Below the pieces are notes generated by a model. The model searched no databases. It was not told the DNA's origin and worked only from the letters and a program-made list of their open reading frames with translations. DNA of 64,000 nt from Tubiluchus corallicola (Eukaryota; Animalia; Priapulida): assembly GCA_030141605.1 (NCBI GenBank), contig JAQGDQ010000458.1:93860-157859 (forward strand), given 5' to 3'. The translations under genes were made by a program, and so were the position numbers. Shown piece after piece: positions 1-12,470 of this stretch (the stretch's first letter is position 1; each line of letters opens with the position of its first letter).

Positions 1-654
1 TACTTCATTTTTTTTACTTCTGCAAAATATCTGTGAAAAAATTACCAAGCAATTACCTGTTTATCATTACATATACTATCAGAGTTTGCAAATTCATATA
101 TGTCATAATTACCTTTTCTGGGCAAAATATTTCAGTGGCATATTAATACCAGTAGTGCCTAATTAAGCCTAATAATCTTTTATGTATACGGTAACTGCTT
201 GACAAGCACCTAGCAGAACTATAAAACGTGGATATCAGTAAATAGTTTGAGGATTTTTCTCTTACAAACATTGCATCAGCATGTATGTATATATGCATCA
301 AGATGTAGGTATGATCTGTTTAGCCATGGGATGGCGCCACATGTTTTGTTAACTACGAGTCACGACATCTTACAATCAGCGGTTTCGACAGAAAAATATT
401 CTCATTTTTACTCGTTTCTATTTTGCAATCAACTATTTAATGTACTGTTATAAGTTTTCATGGCTGTTCGATTTCGTGTATTGTTGCTATTTTTTTAAAT
501 TTCGTTTGTTTTATTCCTATATTATAGCAAATGCCCAAAATTTTTTTCATTTTTTTGTCCATTCGTGTGTTGAATAGCAGTGTTCTATGCATCGTGTAAC
601 AGACACAGCTGGCCATAATACTAGTTAGCACACTTTTTTACCTCAAATCCAAGT

Positions 655-778
655 ACAGCTGCATTCAACGACAGCACAACTACAGCTGCATTGTACGACA
701 GCACAACGACAGCTGCATTTTACCACAGCACAACGACAGCTGCATTCTACCACAGCACAACTACAGCTGCATTCTACA
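655..778. repeat. 27-bp minisatellite, ~4.5 copies
   Basis: ACAGCTGCATT(C/G)NACNACAGCACAACT units. Confidence 0.85.
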
Positions 779-864
779 AATCAAAGTGAGCACTAAAAGT
801 TTCAAACACACAGAAATTAGCCCTCAGTTTATCCTGTTGTTAAACACAAGCCTGGTGCACCCAC

Positions 865-1986
865 CTGCATGCAGTGAATTGCCAAACCTGGACCAGTATA
901 GAGCTTTTTATGGCAAATGTGGCATTTGAAATGCTTGGCTTTCTGATGCTGGATGAGGATTTTCTCATCTTCAAACTCTCGATTGCAGTACCTGAAAATG
1001 TTGCTAAGGAAACAGCAAACAAACTGAAGAATGAATAGTCGACAATATGGCAGCGAAGTGCCATAATTTCAACACGAATCTTTAAATCTGTTTTTCTAAA
1101 CATTCGCGCCAATGGCGATTACAGCTAATCTAGTTACACACGTGCAGGTTAAAAAAATAAAGAAATACTGGCACTAATTTGACTTTTCTGCTCTTTGTCT
1201 TACACTTGCATGTATGCTGCTATGTAATGCTTGTGAGCTTACTTACAGGAAACATTAGAACTGCACAGATTCAGCCAAAATAAATTATTTTATTGAAAAT
1301 GTTCAGTAAAGAAGCCTCACAGCAACAAACTCATCAGTTTAAGGTGGTAATGTTGCAGCTGACTTACAACAGGGAAGCCCAGATTGGGCGGAGGCTAACA
1401 GTAAACAGTAAAGCCTACGTCACAAGTAGGATGTAACCAATGTGACAGAGGAGAGTGTTGGCACAATTGAAGCCATAGTGCTCTTACACAATTGTAATAT
1501 TACATTACCATAGATCAACTGGGTGAAGCCTATATGTAGGCTTTTTGCCAGGAGTTTTCTCTCTCATTAAGCCTCAGTTAAACGTTTTGTCTCACGTTTT
1601 CTCTCCAACATTATATATATATTTTTATTTTCTTTCAAAAGTTGTCTAAGTAATAGCTTTCAGAAGACAAAAGAAAAAGCAAACTAAATAGGTTAATGTG
1701 CTGAATGACATAAATCATCCCTTAAACCTAGGCTATAGTGAATCGTGAGTATAATGTGACAACTATGTACTGACTGTACTCAGGTTTACATTCTGATTAA
1801 GCCAAACAAAAATACCAGCGCAACAGAGGTAAAGCTATGTAATTGACTAATTAACATTTACTTACTATTGATTTACAAGTTTACAACACTAATATGATAA
1901 CTCTGTATATAGCCACAAAACTGTAATGTAAACATTAAAGGATACCAGCACCATGGCTTTATGGTCTTTTTCTTCTTGCGACCCAT
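865..1986 (-). CDS. ZNF207: BUB3-interacting GLEBS-motif zinc finger protein ZNF207/BuGZ, 5' part; coding exons 1986-1946 and 991-865; gene continues beyond left edge
   Basis: Spliced translation [14 protein letters not shown]|[42 protein letters not shown] is the near-invariant ZNF207 N-terminus; the phase-2 junction TG|G reconstitutes Trp. Absent from the ORF track. Probable 5' UTR exon ends at 2226 (CAG|GTAAGT) with acceptor at 2010-2011. Confidence 0.96.
992..1945 (-). other. U12-type (minor spliceosome) GT-AG intron of ZNF207
   Basis: 5' splice site GTATCCTTTA; branch-site-like TTCCTTAGC (1011-1003) about 10 nt upstream of the CAG acceptor; no long polypyrimidine tract. Confidence 0.9.
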
Positions 1987-2379
1987 TATACTTTAATATA
2001 CAATTAAACCTGTAATCTATCTAAAGCAAAATAATCGATACAAATGTGTATATCATCAAGAAATTATCACATTTATAAATATTCCTTAAAAACTCAATAA
2101 TCAACCGTCTCCGAACTTTGACACAAATTTTACGGTAACTAATTTTCTAAAGTCCATAAAAAGCTGTCTAATAGGTAAAGTTGAAAAAGCGAGCAGTTTA
2201 ATTTCAGCTATTTTTGACGACTTACCTGGATACACTCGATCCTTTAAAACACCAGTGGTAAACAAGCAGACATCAATAGAAAATGTCTGTTTTCGAGATC
2301 AACGACAAGATTAACTTGTTTTCCAAATCAGCTAATTATAGAGATATTGCGCTTTCGTCTCTCTATTGAAAAAATTTAT

Positions 2380-3350
2380 ACTGCCTGATTTTAGTAACGT
2401 ACATGAATACACTTTGTGACTTCTGACAACCAATTTGGATTCATAAAACACATATCTACTACAATGTGTTCTTCAGTTGTAGAAGAAATTGAACTGTATC
2501 ATATAAAACGCATAATAGCACACTGTTTATAGTGCATTCCTGGATGCCTCTTCGACTTTTGACAGTCCACTTTATCGAATTGCTTGGATTGTTGCTAAAT
2601 AGGAATCTTCCATCCATCATTATACGTTTATTGTTAAACATGTATATTGAACAAAAAACGAATGTCGTATTATCAAATGTCAAAAGCTTTTACGGTGTCA
2701 AATGGGGTGCAGCAAGGCCCTGTCTTTATGGGATATATTTAGATGGTTTGCTGGTAAAACTTCAAGTGTCTGGCTGCGGTTGCCACATTGGCAATGCATA
2801 CACTGGTTCAGTCAGCTATTCCGATTAATAAACAATTTTAGCGCCTAGCACAAAAGTTGCTCTTGATCTGTGAAGTGCCAGTGAGTATCACATAAACTTT
2901 TTAATAACCAGGGAAATAAAATTAAAAGTAAATGTACTAGATTTACTCCAAAAAAGTAAAAAAAAATCCCATATCCATGTACAATGCTACGTAGCCCTCC
3001 TTTCACCTTGTACATCCATCTTCGACATATTTTGTCCTCTGACCTCACTGATGGTACTGACATTTCACGTAAAAGCAAGTATTGTGTAAATACCATCATT
3101 TGTAACTTTGGTTTTGTAAAGAGCCAAATCAAAACGAAAATTTTTATGATATTTTGTCACAGTTTCAATGGAAGCCAGGCATGGTGGCTAGATAATTGTA
3201 ATTTAAAATTTATCGATATTTTCTGGAATATTGCCATGCACAAGTTATGGTGCCTCCCATATTAAGCGCACACTTGCATATTACCTTATATTGTCAATAT
3301 TGTATATCCAAGTCAACAGTTTGTCAAGCGTTTTTTAAATACCGCGTTAA
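2380..3350 (+). mobile_element. Degenerate non-LTR retrotransposon reverse transcriptase fragment
   Basis: GVKWGAARPCLYGIYLDGLLVKLQVSGCGCHIGNAYTGSVSYSD* resembles the LINE RT GVxQGxxLSP...YADD region; stops and frameshifts present. Boundaries approximate. Confidence 0.75.
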
Positions 3351-5195
3351 TTGTAAACAAAGTAGTAACCCTATTGTTAAGGTTGTACCACCAAGGTCTG
3401 TTTACTGTTAAATCAGCAATGGGTTTTAATTTACGATCCATATGTTGCACGAATATACGTTGAACTGTAGTAGTTATCAGTTAGAAAACAGAAATAATAT
3501 TTTGACAAGGAGATTAGCGAGGAAAAAGACTTTGATAGGAAACTAACAGGTAATTGTTAATATGGCTAGAGACTGCATGAAATACTTAGAATCTAATTAT
3601 TTTAATTATTTAAACACAGCACAGCTGCAGATAATTCTAGATTGCATTGTTGTTACATTTTAATTTTCAAGAAATTGTACTGCTTATAAATTTTGTCAGA
3701 ATTACTAGGTCAACTAATCCTTTTTACTAACGTTATGTGTTTTAATTATTATTAAGTGTGTAAATAATCTTGAGTGACAACACTTTTTCATGAAATGCTT
3801 ATGTAAAGTGTATTCAAAATGAAATGATGTTAATAATAGAAGCAAGGGATCGCTTAAATTGCAGTGCAATATTATAAAAAAATTAATTGGCTGATCAGGC
3901 ATTTCATGCGACGCACAGAGACTGCTTTCCCGTACAAATGTTGATAAACTGATAAGTTACAGAAAAATAAAGATCCTATTATGTATTTATGTATAATGTA
4001 TTATGTAGCAAAAGTATGTATTTAGAAGCTGCCCCACACCTTGTCAGCGAGCATTCTTATTTTTGACATGCACTTCAGTAATACATTTCTATGTGCAAAC
4101 CCATCTCCTTTGTCACTGTCATTACTGTTTTGAACCTGTTACTGAGTTTTATCAACTTTTTTGTCTCAGTTGTTTTAGTGTCTGTATGTACTTCAGTTCT
4201 GCCTGACAAATCTAAAGTTTTCTTTAAATCTTCTAACATCTTAATAACTGTTTCATGGTGTAGTCGTGCTTTTCATAAACAAGGTATATCAAGCCATTTT
4301 TATATTTTTATTTAAAGATTTGCCTGAAGTTTTGCTATAATGATTTAATTTCCATTCAGTAAACTCATGCGATATTTTTTATTACAACTGAGTTACTGCT
4401 ATATTCCATTAGGTTCTTTTATTTGTCAACAGCATTTTTCAGAAACGTCAACTTTGTCATTCTCGTACATTTTAACGGGCAACATCCTCTAGATGACTAT
4501 TAATAGCTGCTCTTACAAAATTCTTTTCATTTAGACTGCTTTACTGTTTCAAAATAAATGCAGTTATAAATGCAATATACCGTTGTATATTGGTTCATAC
4601 TAGCATGCAATTTGTTCAACATTTTTAGTCCAATTTCCTGTCCTGTATGAACAAAAAGGCTTTTTACAGTATTGCAGAACAAAGTTTTCAGTTAAATTAG
4701 TGTAAATAGTGTTTATTAAATAATTAGTGGATGTAATGCCTGTCATCTTCGGTGTGGCTCAAGATGGCGATCTGAGTTTTCGTGGAATAGCAAACAATGG
4801 CATTAGTTTCAGCCCTGATAGGTGTAACACATCTTGAGTCTGATATTATGGAAATGAAAGCCTGTTGCTGAAATGGTGGAAGGACTTTTGGTGAGGCATA
4901 ACTGGCTTCTCAGGGGCAGCCACAGACTGAGCAAAAATATTGAAGGCACAGGAAATTTGGGTCAAGTGACTCTGTCAACATTATCTTTGTGATACTACCT
5001 CATTATGCACTTCAAAAGAGAAAGCCATTATTATTATTATATTTTATGTTTATCGTGTTATGTAACTCTTGTGTATAGATCAAATGTATATTTTGGGTTT
5101 ATCTTGAATAAATTCTTGTAATCTTCACCCTTTGTAATTCGCTCTTACATGACATACGTGTACGTACTCTCATGATGTAACATTCAAGTATTTGC

Positions 5196-5570
<375 letters not shown>

Positions 5571-6964
5571 TTTCCCATTGATTATTGCCTAGCTTGTCCC
5601 AAACTTCAGTATTATGTGTCAAGTGGCACTATCACCTTATTGAAACAAGAGAACTCTTATTTTCATACACTCTTCACCAACCTTATTTGCACTATTGCAA
5701 GAAATTAATTCTCATACCACTTTCTGCTCTTCTTAACACTTAACCAATGATCATATTAGACTTCCCTGTTACGTAACTGCATATCCCAGATATTTAGACT
5801 GGTTTATTGTTTCTTTTTTTAAATAACAGTTACCATCAATTGTTTCCAACACAATAAAGCCGCTATATTTTTATTTATTATCATAAATCTAGCAAAAGCA
5901 TGTTATATAGTGTCAGTGCCTCGTCAGTAATACTGCAGCTAAAATTAGTTTGCACATTCGTTTCTATGATTTCATTACAGAATATAACTACTGTTAACTG
6001 AAAATAACATTTTGTCTGTTAGCCGGTTAAGACCTCACTGATGTGGTCGTGAGCAAGCAGGAAAATCAGACTATCTGCTTTTTCAATTTCTATTCATATC
6101 AGCGCAGTACAGTTGCTCTTGCAGCAGACAAGCGTGAAGGATTGTGACTTTCGCAACTTGGATTGGGATTCTTTTTTACTTTTTTGTTTTTATGTGTTAG
6201 GTGAGTTAACGCGAAAAGTTTCTCCTTTTCCACTGCTTTAATAAATTAAGATGTCTTGCTGAAAGGACTGGTTACAAACATTTTTGGGAGACGCCAATAA
6301 GCGCCAGTACCGTACTTTCTTCTTTACAACATTGACCTTATGAGACCCATCTCAAGTTGGTTTGATATTTGATATTTAGGATTGAACTAAGCTGGCTTGA
6401 TATTCAGCCAAAAGTCCGAGTGATATTCAAACTATTAAAGATTTGTAATAGCTTCAAACACAATAGCTTCCTCTTACTAGAACGTTTCTAGCACCCAACG
6501 ATGATATTTATTTTTCTTTAGTGCTCTTGGCTAGTACTTAGGGTGGCTACCCCCCAGTTAGAAACTCGCGTTCCCACATTTTCCCATAGTTTGCATTCGA
6601 CACAAGCACGTCTGCTTTAAACTTAAGTGTTGTATTAATCAAAAAAAGTTACTAACGAAGATGTTGTAATAATCATTGCGTTTTACACTTTCAATTTAAA
6701 AAAATATGTCTTTATGTGACTGTGTCAGGTAAGTATATGAATGCACAAAAGAAAATTGTAAAATTCCCGGCTGGGTGTGCGATAAAAAAGTATTACCCGG
6801 GCAATTAGACCAAATCAGAAATATTTTTATGGTCGGCTTCTCGCATAAATAATCTGTGTGAGGTACAGATAAAACCTGTAATGGATAAAGCAGTTTAGCA
6901 ACATGTCTAGTATTTTATTTACAGTACATATGGTATGGCTGGTTAATTGTTGCGTGTAAGCGTG

Positions 6965-7093
6965 ATGGTGGGTTTCGACCCACACGACAATATCCCCCTC
7001 TCACAGTTTGAGCACGCAATTGCCGGAGCATCAAGTGGAGTGATAACACGAGTCGTCACACAGCCGTTGGACGTTCTGAAGATAAGACTGCAG
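6965..7093 (+). CDS. SLC25A19: SLC25A19 coding exon 1
   Basis: MVGFDPHD...PLDVLKIRLQ|gtgatt. Confidence 0.93.
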
Positions 7094-10000
7094 GTGATTA
7101 TTTTTTGCCAATTAGAAAACTTTGAGAATTTTGCATTGATTAATTTGGACGAATTAGAATATATAATATATCTATTAGTTAATGATAACAAAGCAAAATC
7201 TACGACATCGTTGCAAGGTTCGTCTAGGGCTGCCCCTAACTAGAATAGAACTACATGTAACTTAAATTCTGAACTCCAGGAGCAACCAGGCTCGTTAGTG
7301 TCAGTTGATACACATAATGACGATGATGACACAAGAAAACGAAATTCGTTTAGTGAGCTACAACTGTAATTCATTAAAACATCCTGAATCTAGACTTGTT
7401 GGTTGGTTGGCATCCTTCTGTCTCAAAAGACAATGGAGTGTGCGCCAAGAGAGTCAGTTATTGATCACATTGATGGAGCTGCAGCGTCGACTGTGGCTGA
7501 GCAGTCCGATCCTTGAACCACTGGAATGGCCTCTCCAGGGCGCATTCCTGGGTAAGGTGTATGGAAATCCTGAGTTGCCCAGACAACAGGACAACAGTTG
7601 GTTGCTTGTGCAGGTCCTCCGCCTAGTGTCAAGGTACAGTGTGGGCATCCCGCAAGCCTACAGCACCTGGTATTCTTAGACGGTCACCCATCCAAGTATT
7701 AACCAGGCTCTATGTTGCTTAACTTCGGTGATCAGACGAGAACCGGTGTTTTCAACATGATATGGCCGTAGTGAATCTAGACTATATATCACTTATAAGA
7801 TTGTAATTACTTTACAAATTAGACTAACTGAACGATCAATGATTATTATCCTGCAGTCAATTTGTGGAACTCAGCCACTTTGAGTATAAAATCAAAAGAT
7901 GAATTTACAACATTTTAAAAAAGAACTAAAAGCCAAATTCCATAATCACAAAAGACCAGTGTAAAAAAGCAATAGTTGTATGACGGTTTCAATAGTATTT
8001 TGTTACAAGTCTGTTGAACCATTATGATTACATGCATATCTAACATAACATCTTTGCATTTTTCCACAGTTTGCACAGTCACAGAGTGCGCAAGTCATAG
8101 AGTCATAGTTTTTCTAAGTTTTTTCAGTCACAAGAGAGTTTCCGCTACAGTCAAACAGCGAAAAATTCTATCTCTGAAATGACATCGCTGCATTCACAGC
8201 CGACGTCACATCTACAATGTTTCGCTATGGACGAATTTTTGAAGGAATTTTTTACACATCACGAGGTGACACAAAACACATAATTACAAATTAAAGTTTG
8301 TGCTGAGTGGTGCTGTAGCTGCTTGCCAAAGCAGTTGGCGCTGAATGTAAGAAGTTTACAATCGGCTTGATACCAGTCTACGATTACAGCAACGGTACGA
8401 TGATGTCAGTTCAGCTCGCCGAATCATGAAAAAGCATTTTCGATTGTAGCGGAAAGTCTCTGTAGTTTTCTTAATGATCTACTGTTGCTTACCAAATGGT
8501 TCTCGTCATTTCAAACAAACAAACAAACAGAAAAGAATTTCACATCATATCAATCTCCTAAGAAGCATAACGTTTACTTGACACCATCTAATGTTTCTAA
8601 AACTAATCGAATCTTTTGGAATGGGACTTCGCTTCCTGCCCACAGTCTCAGACAGGCGGTGGTTGAGGATGTCTACTCAAAAGAGAATATGCTTCTGTAA
8701 TGAAATGAATAAGCGTTCCTGCAATTGATGATGATCGTGAAAAAGTCAAAGGACAACATTGTGTACACTTGACAATGCCTTTTAGCCCATGCTGTTGTAA
8801 TAGTAACAGTTTTAACAGCAAGCTTGAACCTTACCTAGTTCATTTTTTTCTTGTTCCCAAGTAAGATCCTGCTAGTAAATCAATCTATGCGTAGACTAAT
8901 GCATAATTAAATAAAGTTCACGTAAAACAACTGAAGTTACTGAACTGATGGGGCATACTTTGCTTTGCTTTACCCACATGTCACGTGACGGTTGTAGTTA
9001 AGACGCAGATGCGCACAGCAAAACTGTGAAAAGGCTTATTCGCTTGTTTAATCTGAATTTCACGTGTCAAGTGAGTGCCCTCTATCAGCAGCTTCTCGGT
9101 TAGAGTATGCGTCCATCAACTTTGATTAGTTTGCAGTCAAATTTTAACCGCATTAATGCTAACTAGCAAAGGCCCCGCATGCGGAAAAATTCACGTATAA
9201 TCAAAAATACGCAAACATCCTACCTAGTCCTCATTTATAACGCAAAGCCTGTAGCAGCTTTTACTGAATTAAAGTTATAAGGTTATAGACATCGTATAAT
9301 GGATGACGTCACAACAATGGCTTTGCGTCAGCAGTTTTCCAAGCGAAAATTGTGCGAAATAGAACCGCCAATTAACTCATCACAGCTCCTCAGGAAGGAA
9401 GCGTCCTGAAGTATAGCCCACATCATCGTGTAGCCCTGTCCTCTTTCTAAAGAGCTGTATATCTCCTTCCGAGAGTCCCACCAGGCGCCGCTAGAACGTT
9501 TTTTGCGCATGCTGTTTGGTCAAAATTTCGATAAAATCGGGAGTTGGGTCCGGGAAAACGTCCGTTACGGGACGCCGTGGCCCTCTCGCGAATTCTAAAT
9601 ATGCTTACCACACCCACCGCTATATGCTATCCATTGGTTACTATGATCAGTGTGACTTGTTGCCTGGAAACTAACACAAAAGATTGATTTGATATCAATT
9701 AATTACTATGATCAGTGACTTGTTGCCTGGAAACTAGCACAAAAGATTGATTTGTGTTTGATGGCCAGAACACAAAGACAATCGACAAAGGTTCTTTCAT
9801 TTGCCAAAGGCCTTTTCAGCGTTCACCCAGTATCGCTGCTCATGCTGCTTGAGTAATTCAATTTCAATCTCAACAAAAGAGTTGGACATACCAAACTAAG
9901 AATATTTGCAACCATGATCAGGTACTTGGTATGTTTAATAGCCGCAATCGGTTCAGCGACATGTTTTCGATATCAGAAGCAAGAAGCGAACAAGGTTATC

Positions 10001-12434
10001 AGAGAATGTATGTTTGAAACGGCTAATCTCGTCAGTGAAGTGAAATGTGCTCACTTGTGTTCAATGAGAGGTTCAACTTGTGTTGGTTTCAATGTTGGAC
10101 CAGCAGCTGAGGACGTTACCTGTGAGCTCAGTGCTTGTGGTGTGGACGACAAAACTCCAACAACGGTCAACAATTTTGACTACTACGAGAGAGGTAAATA
10201 AACAGTTAATTAATCTTTTATGACGTAATTTTACCTCACTAAATAGTTCTTATACCCTCTTCGAAAAACGGAATATCACACAGATTTCCACTAGCAAATC
10301 CAGATTGTCTCTGATTTACTTTGGAATCAAATCACTCACAAACACAAAACTCCAACAACGGTCAACAATTTTGACTACTACGAGAAAACTAAGGTTGTAA
10401 ACAAACGTTTCACAACAAGACAAACAACATAATTTTATTTATTTAATAAACACACAACTAATTTGTTAACTGATTATTACAGTAATGCTAGTAAGTAAGT
10501 GATAAGAGTATACGAGTCGAGAAGCTGAAAAGGTTTCACAGTCAGTTTTCTATTAACGCTCCTAATAGCTTCTGCGCTGACACAGAATCTTGGAAAAGTG
10601 CAAAACTGGATTTTGTGAAAGTTCACCAAAAATTCTTGAGAAAAATTATCGTTTTTGAGTTCCTCAATCAACCAATCAATTTATTTCACTCCAGCAATAC
10701 ATATACAATACATCAACATACAATATTATTGAAACAAAAAGAAACAGTATAGGTAAAAAAATGTTGATGAAGTCAAATTAACCATATAGAGGAGTTGCTG
10801 TATGACAGGCTTGGCTTGTTAGGGTGGCACAAATGAGTGAATGAAAGAATGGTTAGGGTTAGTAGACATGATGAAATGGAAAAAAATAGTTAGGTTAGGG
10901 ATAGGAAGAAGGAAAAGAGGAGAAGAAACGACCGCAGTGTATGTTTAAACGACCGCTTAAAAATCACGAGTAATTTATAAACTAAAAACTTCTACAAAAC
11001 GCACAAAAATGCATATGAAAACATCACTGAGGCAAAGTAAGGAACGTTTAGTTCTCAGTTACAAAATGTGACGTTTTACCTGTATGTTCTCCTAGGACAA
11101 TTATGTAGCATAATAGGTAATTTTTGTTACGTAAGCTGAGCGTTGTTAGTTGAGCTGTTCCTCTCTCACGAACGTGATGCCTCGTTTTCTGTTTCTTCTT
11201 GTGTCTTCGGTCGTTGGGCATTTGTCATTAAACCTGACAAGCATTTGGGACATAAAGGAGCTTCTTATATTATGGCAGAGTAATCGCCACACATCAATTT
11301 TTCTCTTCAGAGAGAATATGAATGATTGTTATAGTATTTAGCTGAGCACAATACAGTCTGAGTGCTAATAAAAGGTTATAATCTGTCAATAATAATGGCA
11401 GCGACATTAATGATAATGATGATGATGATGCTGATGATGATAATGATAACGACAATAACCATGACAATGACAATAAAGGTAGTGACAATAGCAAGGGTAA
11501 CAACAGTCACACTGAACATGACACTGGCGTGATGATGACATAGATGATGATGAAAATGAAATAAAAATGATGCGACGACGACGATGATGATGACGACGAC
11601 AATGACGATGATGATGACGACGACGATGATGAAGGTGGTTATGACGATGACGATGATGATGATGACGACGATCACGATGACGACGAGGATGACAATGATA
11701 ATGATGATGACGATGATGAAGGTGGTTATGACGATGACGGCGACGACGTTCACGATGACGACGATGATGACAATGATGATGATGATGATGATGATGGTGA
11801 TGATCATGAAAACACGGCATAGTCATTTTCTCTTCTCTTTGCAGTTAACGGTGGAAAATGTCCAGAGGAGTTTGAAGAGTTTAGAGGTGGCTGCTACTTC
11901 TTTAGTTCCCATGCTTCCGCATGGAGCGCTGCACGTCAGACATGCAGTGATAAAGATTCTGATCTGGTCAGTATAGAATCGCAGGCAGAATTTGCTTTCA
12001 TCAGCGAAAGAGTTGTACAATTTAACCGCCATTTTTGGACGAGTGGAAGCGATGCTGCTCAAGAGGGGACATGGATCTGGGAGGCTACTGGACGACCCAT
12101 TGACGAGTTTAATCAACCTACCTGGAATCCTTCTCAGCCAGACAATGCAGGCGGATTAGAGAATGTTCTGGAAATTCGTCCCTATTTAAACAGTGCTGGT
12201 TACAATGATAATCTTGCTAATGCAGTTCTTCACTTCATTTGTGAAAAAACTGTCTAGTTACAATGTCATTTAAGTTTTGACTTATATAGTTTGCCTTTTT
12301 TCAATAAATTTCAAGCTTTTTATTAAACTTCAAACTTTAAGAATTAATTTAACTGCTTTAACGTTCAAGGTGTTCAAGTTGAGTGAGCTCGAGGTACAAT
12401 CTGTCTGATTGTCCAGGTACTCTAAAGCCCTGAA

Positions 12435-12470
<36 letters not shown>

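Noticed and set aside
840-1112. 90-aa ORF MARMFRK...
   Set aside because: Wrong frame; the real exon (ZNF207) is in another frame of the same strand.
1935-2247. Apparent TTAAAGGAT...ATCCTTTAA transposon ends
   Set aside because: The left motif is the reverse complement of the U12 donor, and the interval contains ZNF207 exons.
7654-7771. Functional ribosomal 5S gene
   Set aside because: Solitary, no oligo-T terminator, several substitutions, and enclosed with a LINE-like tail inside one TSD.
9160-9620. Helitron/HINE-like segment upstream of the lectin
   Set aside because: Only a vague terminal resemblance and no second copy in the window, so I cannot support it.
11294-11976. Poly-His/Met/Ile ORFs
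   Set aside because: Translations of an intronic (GAT/GAC)n tract.
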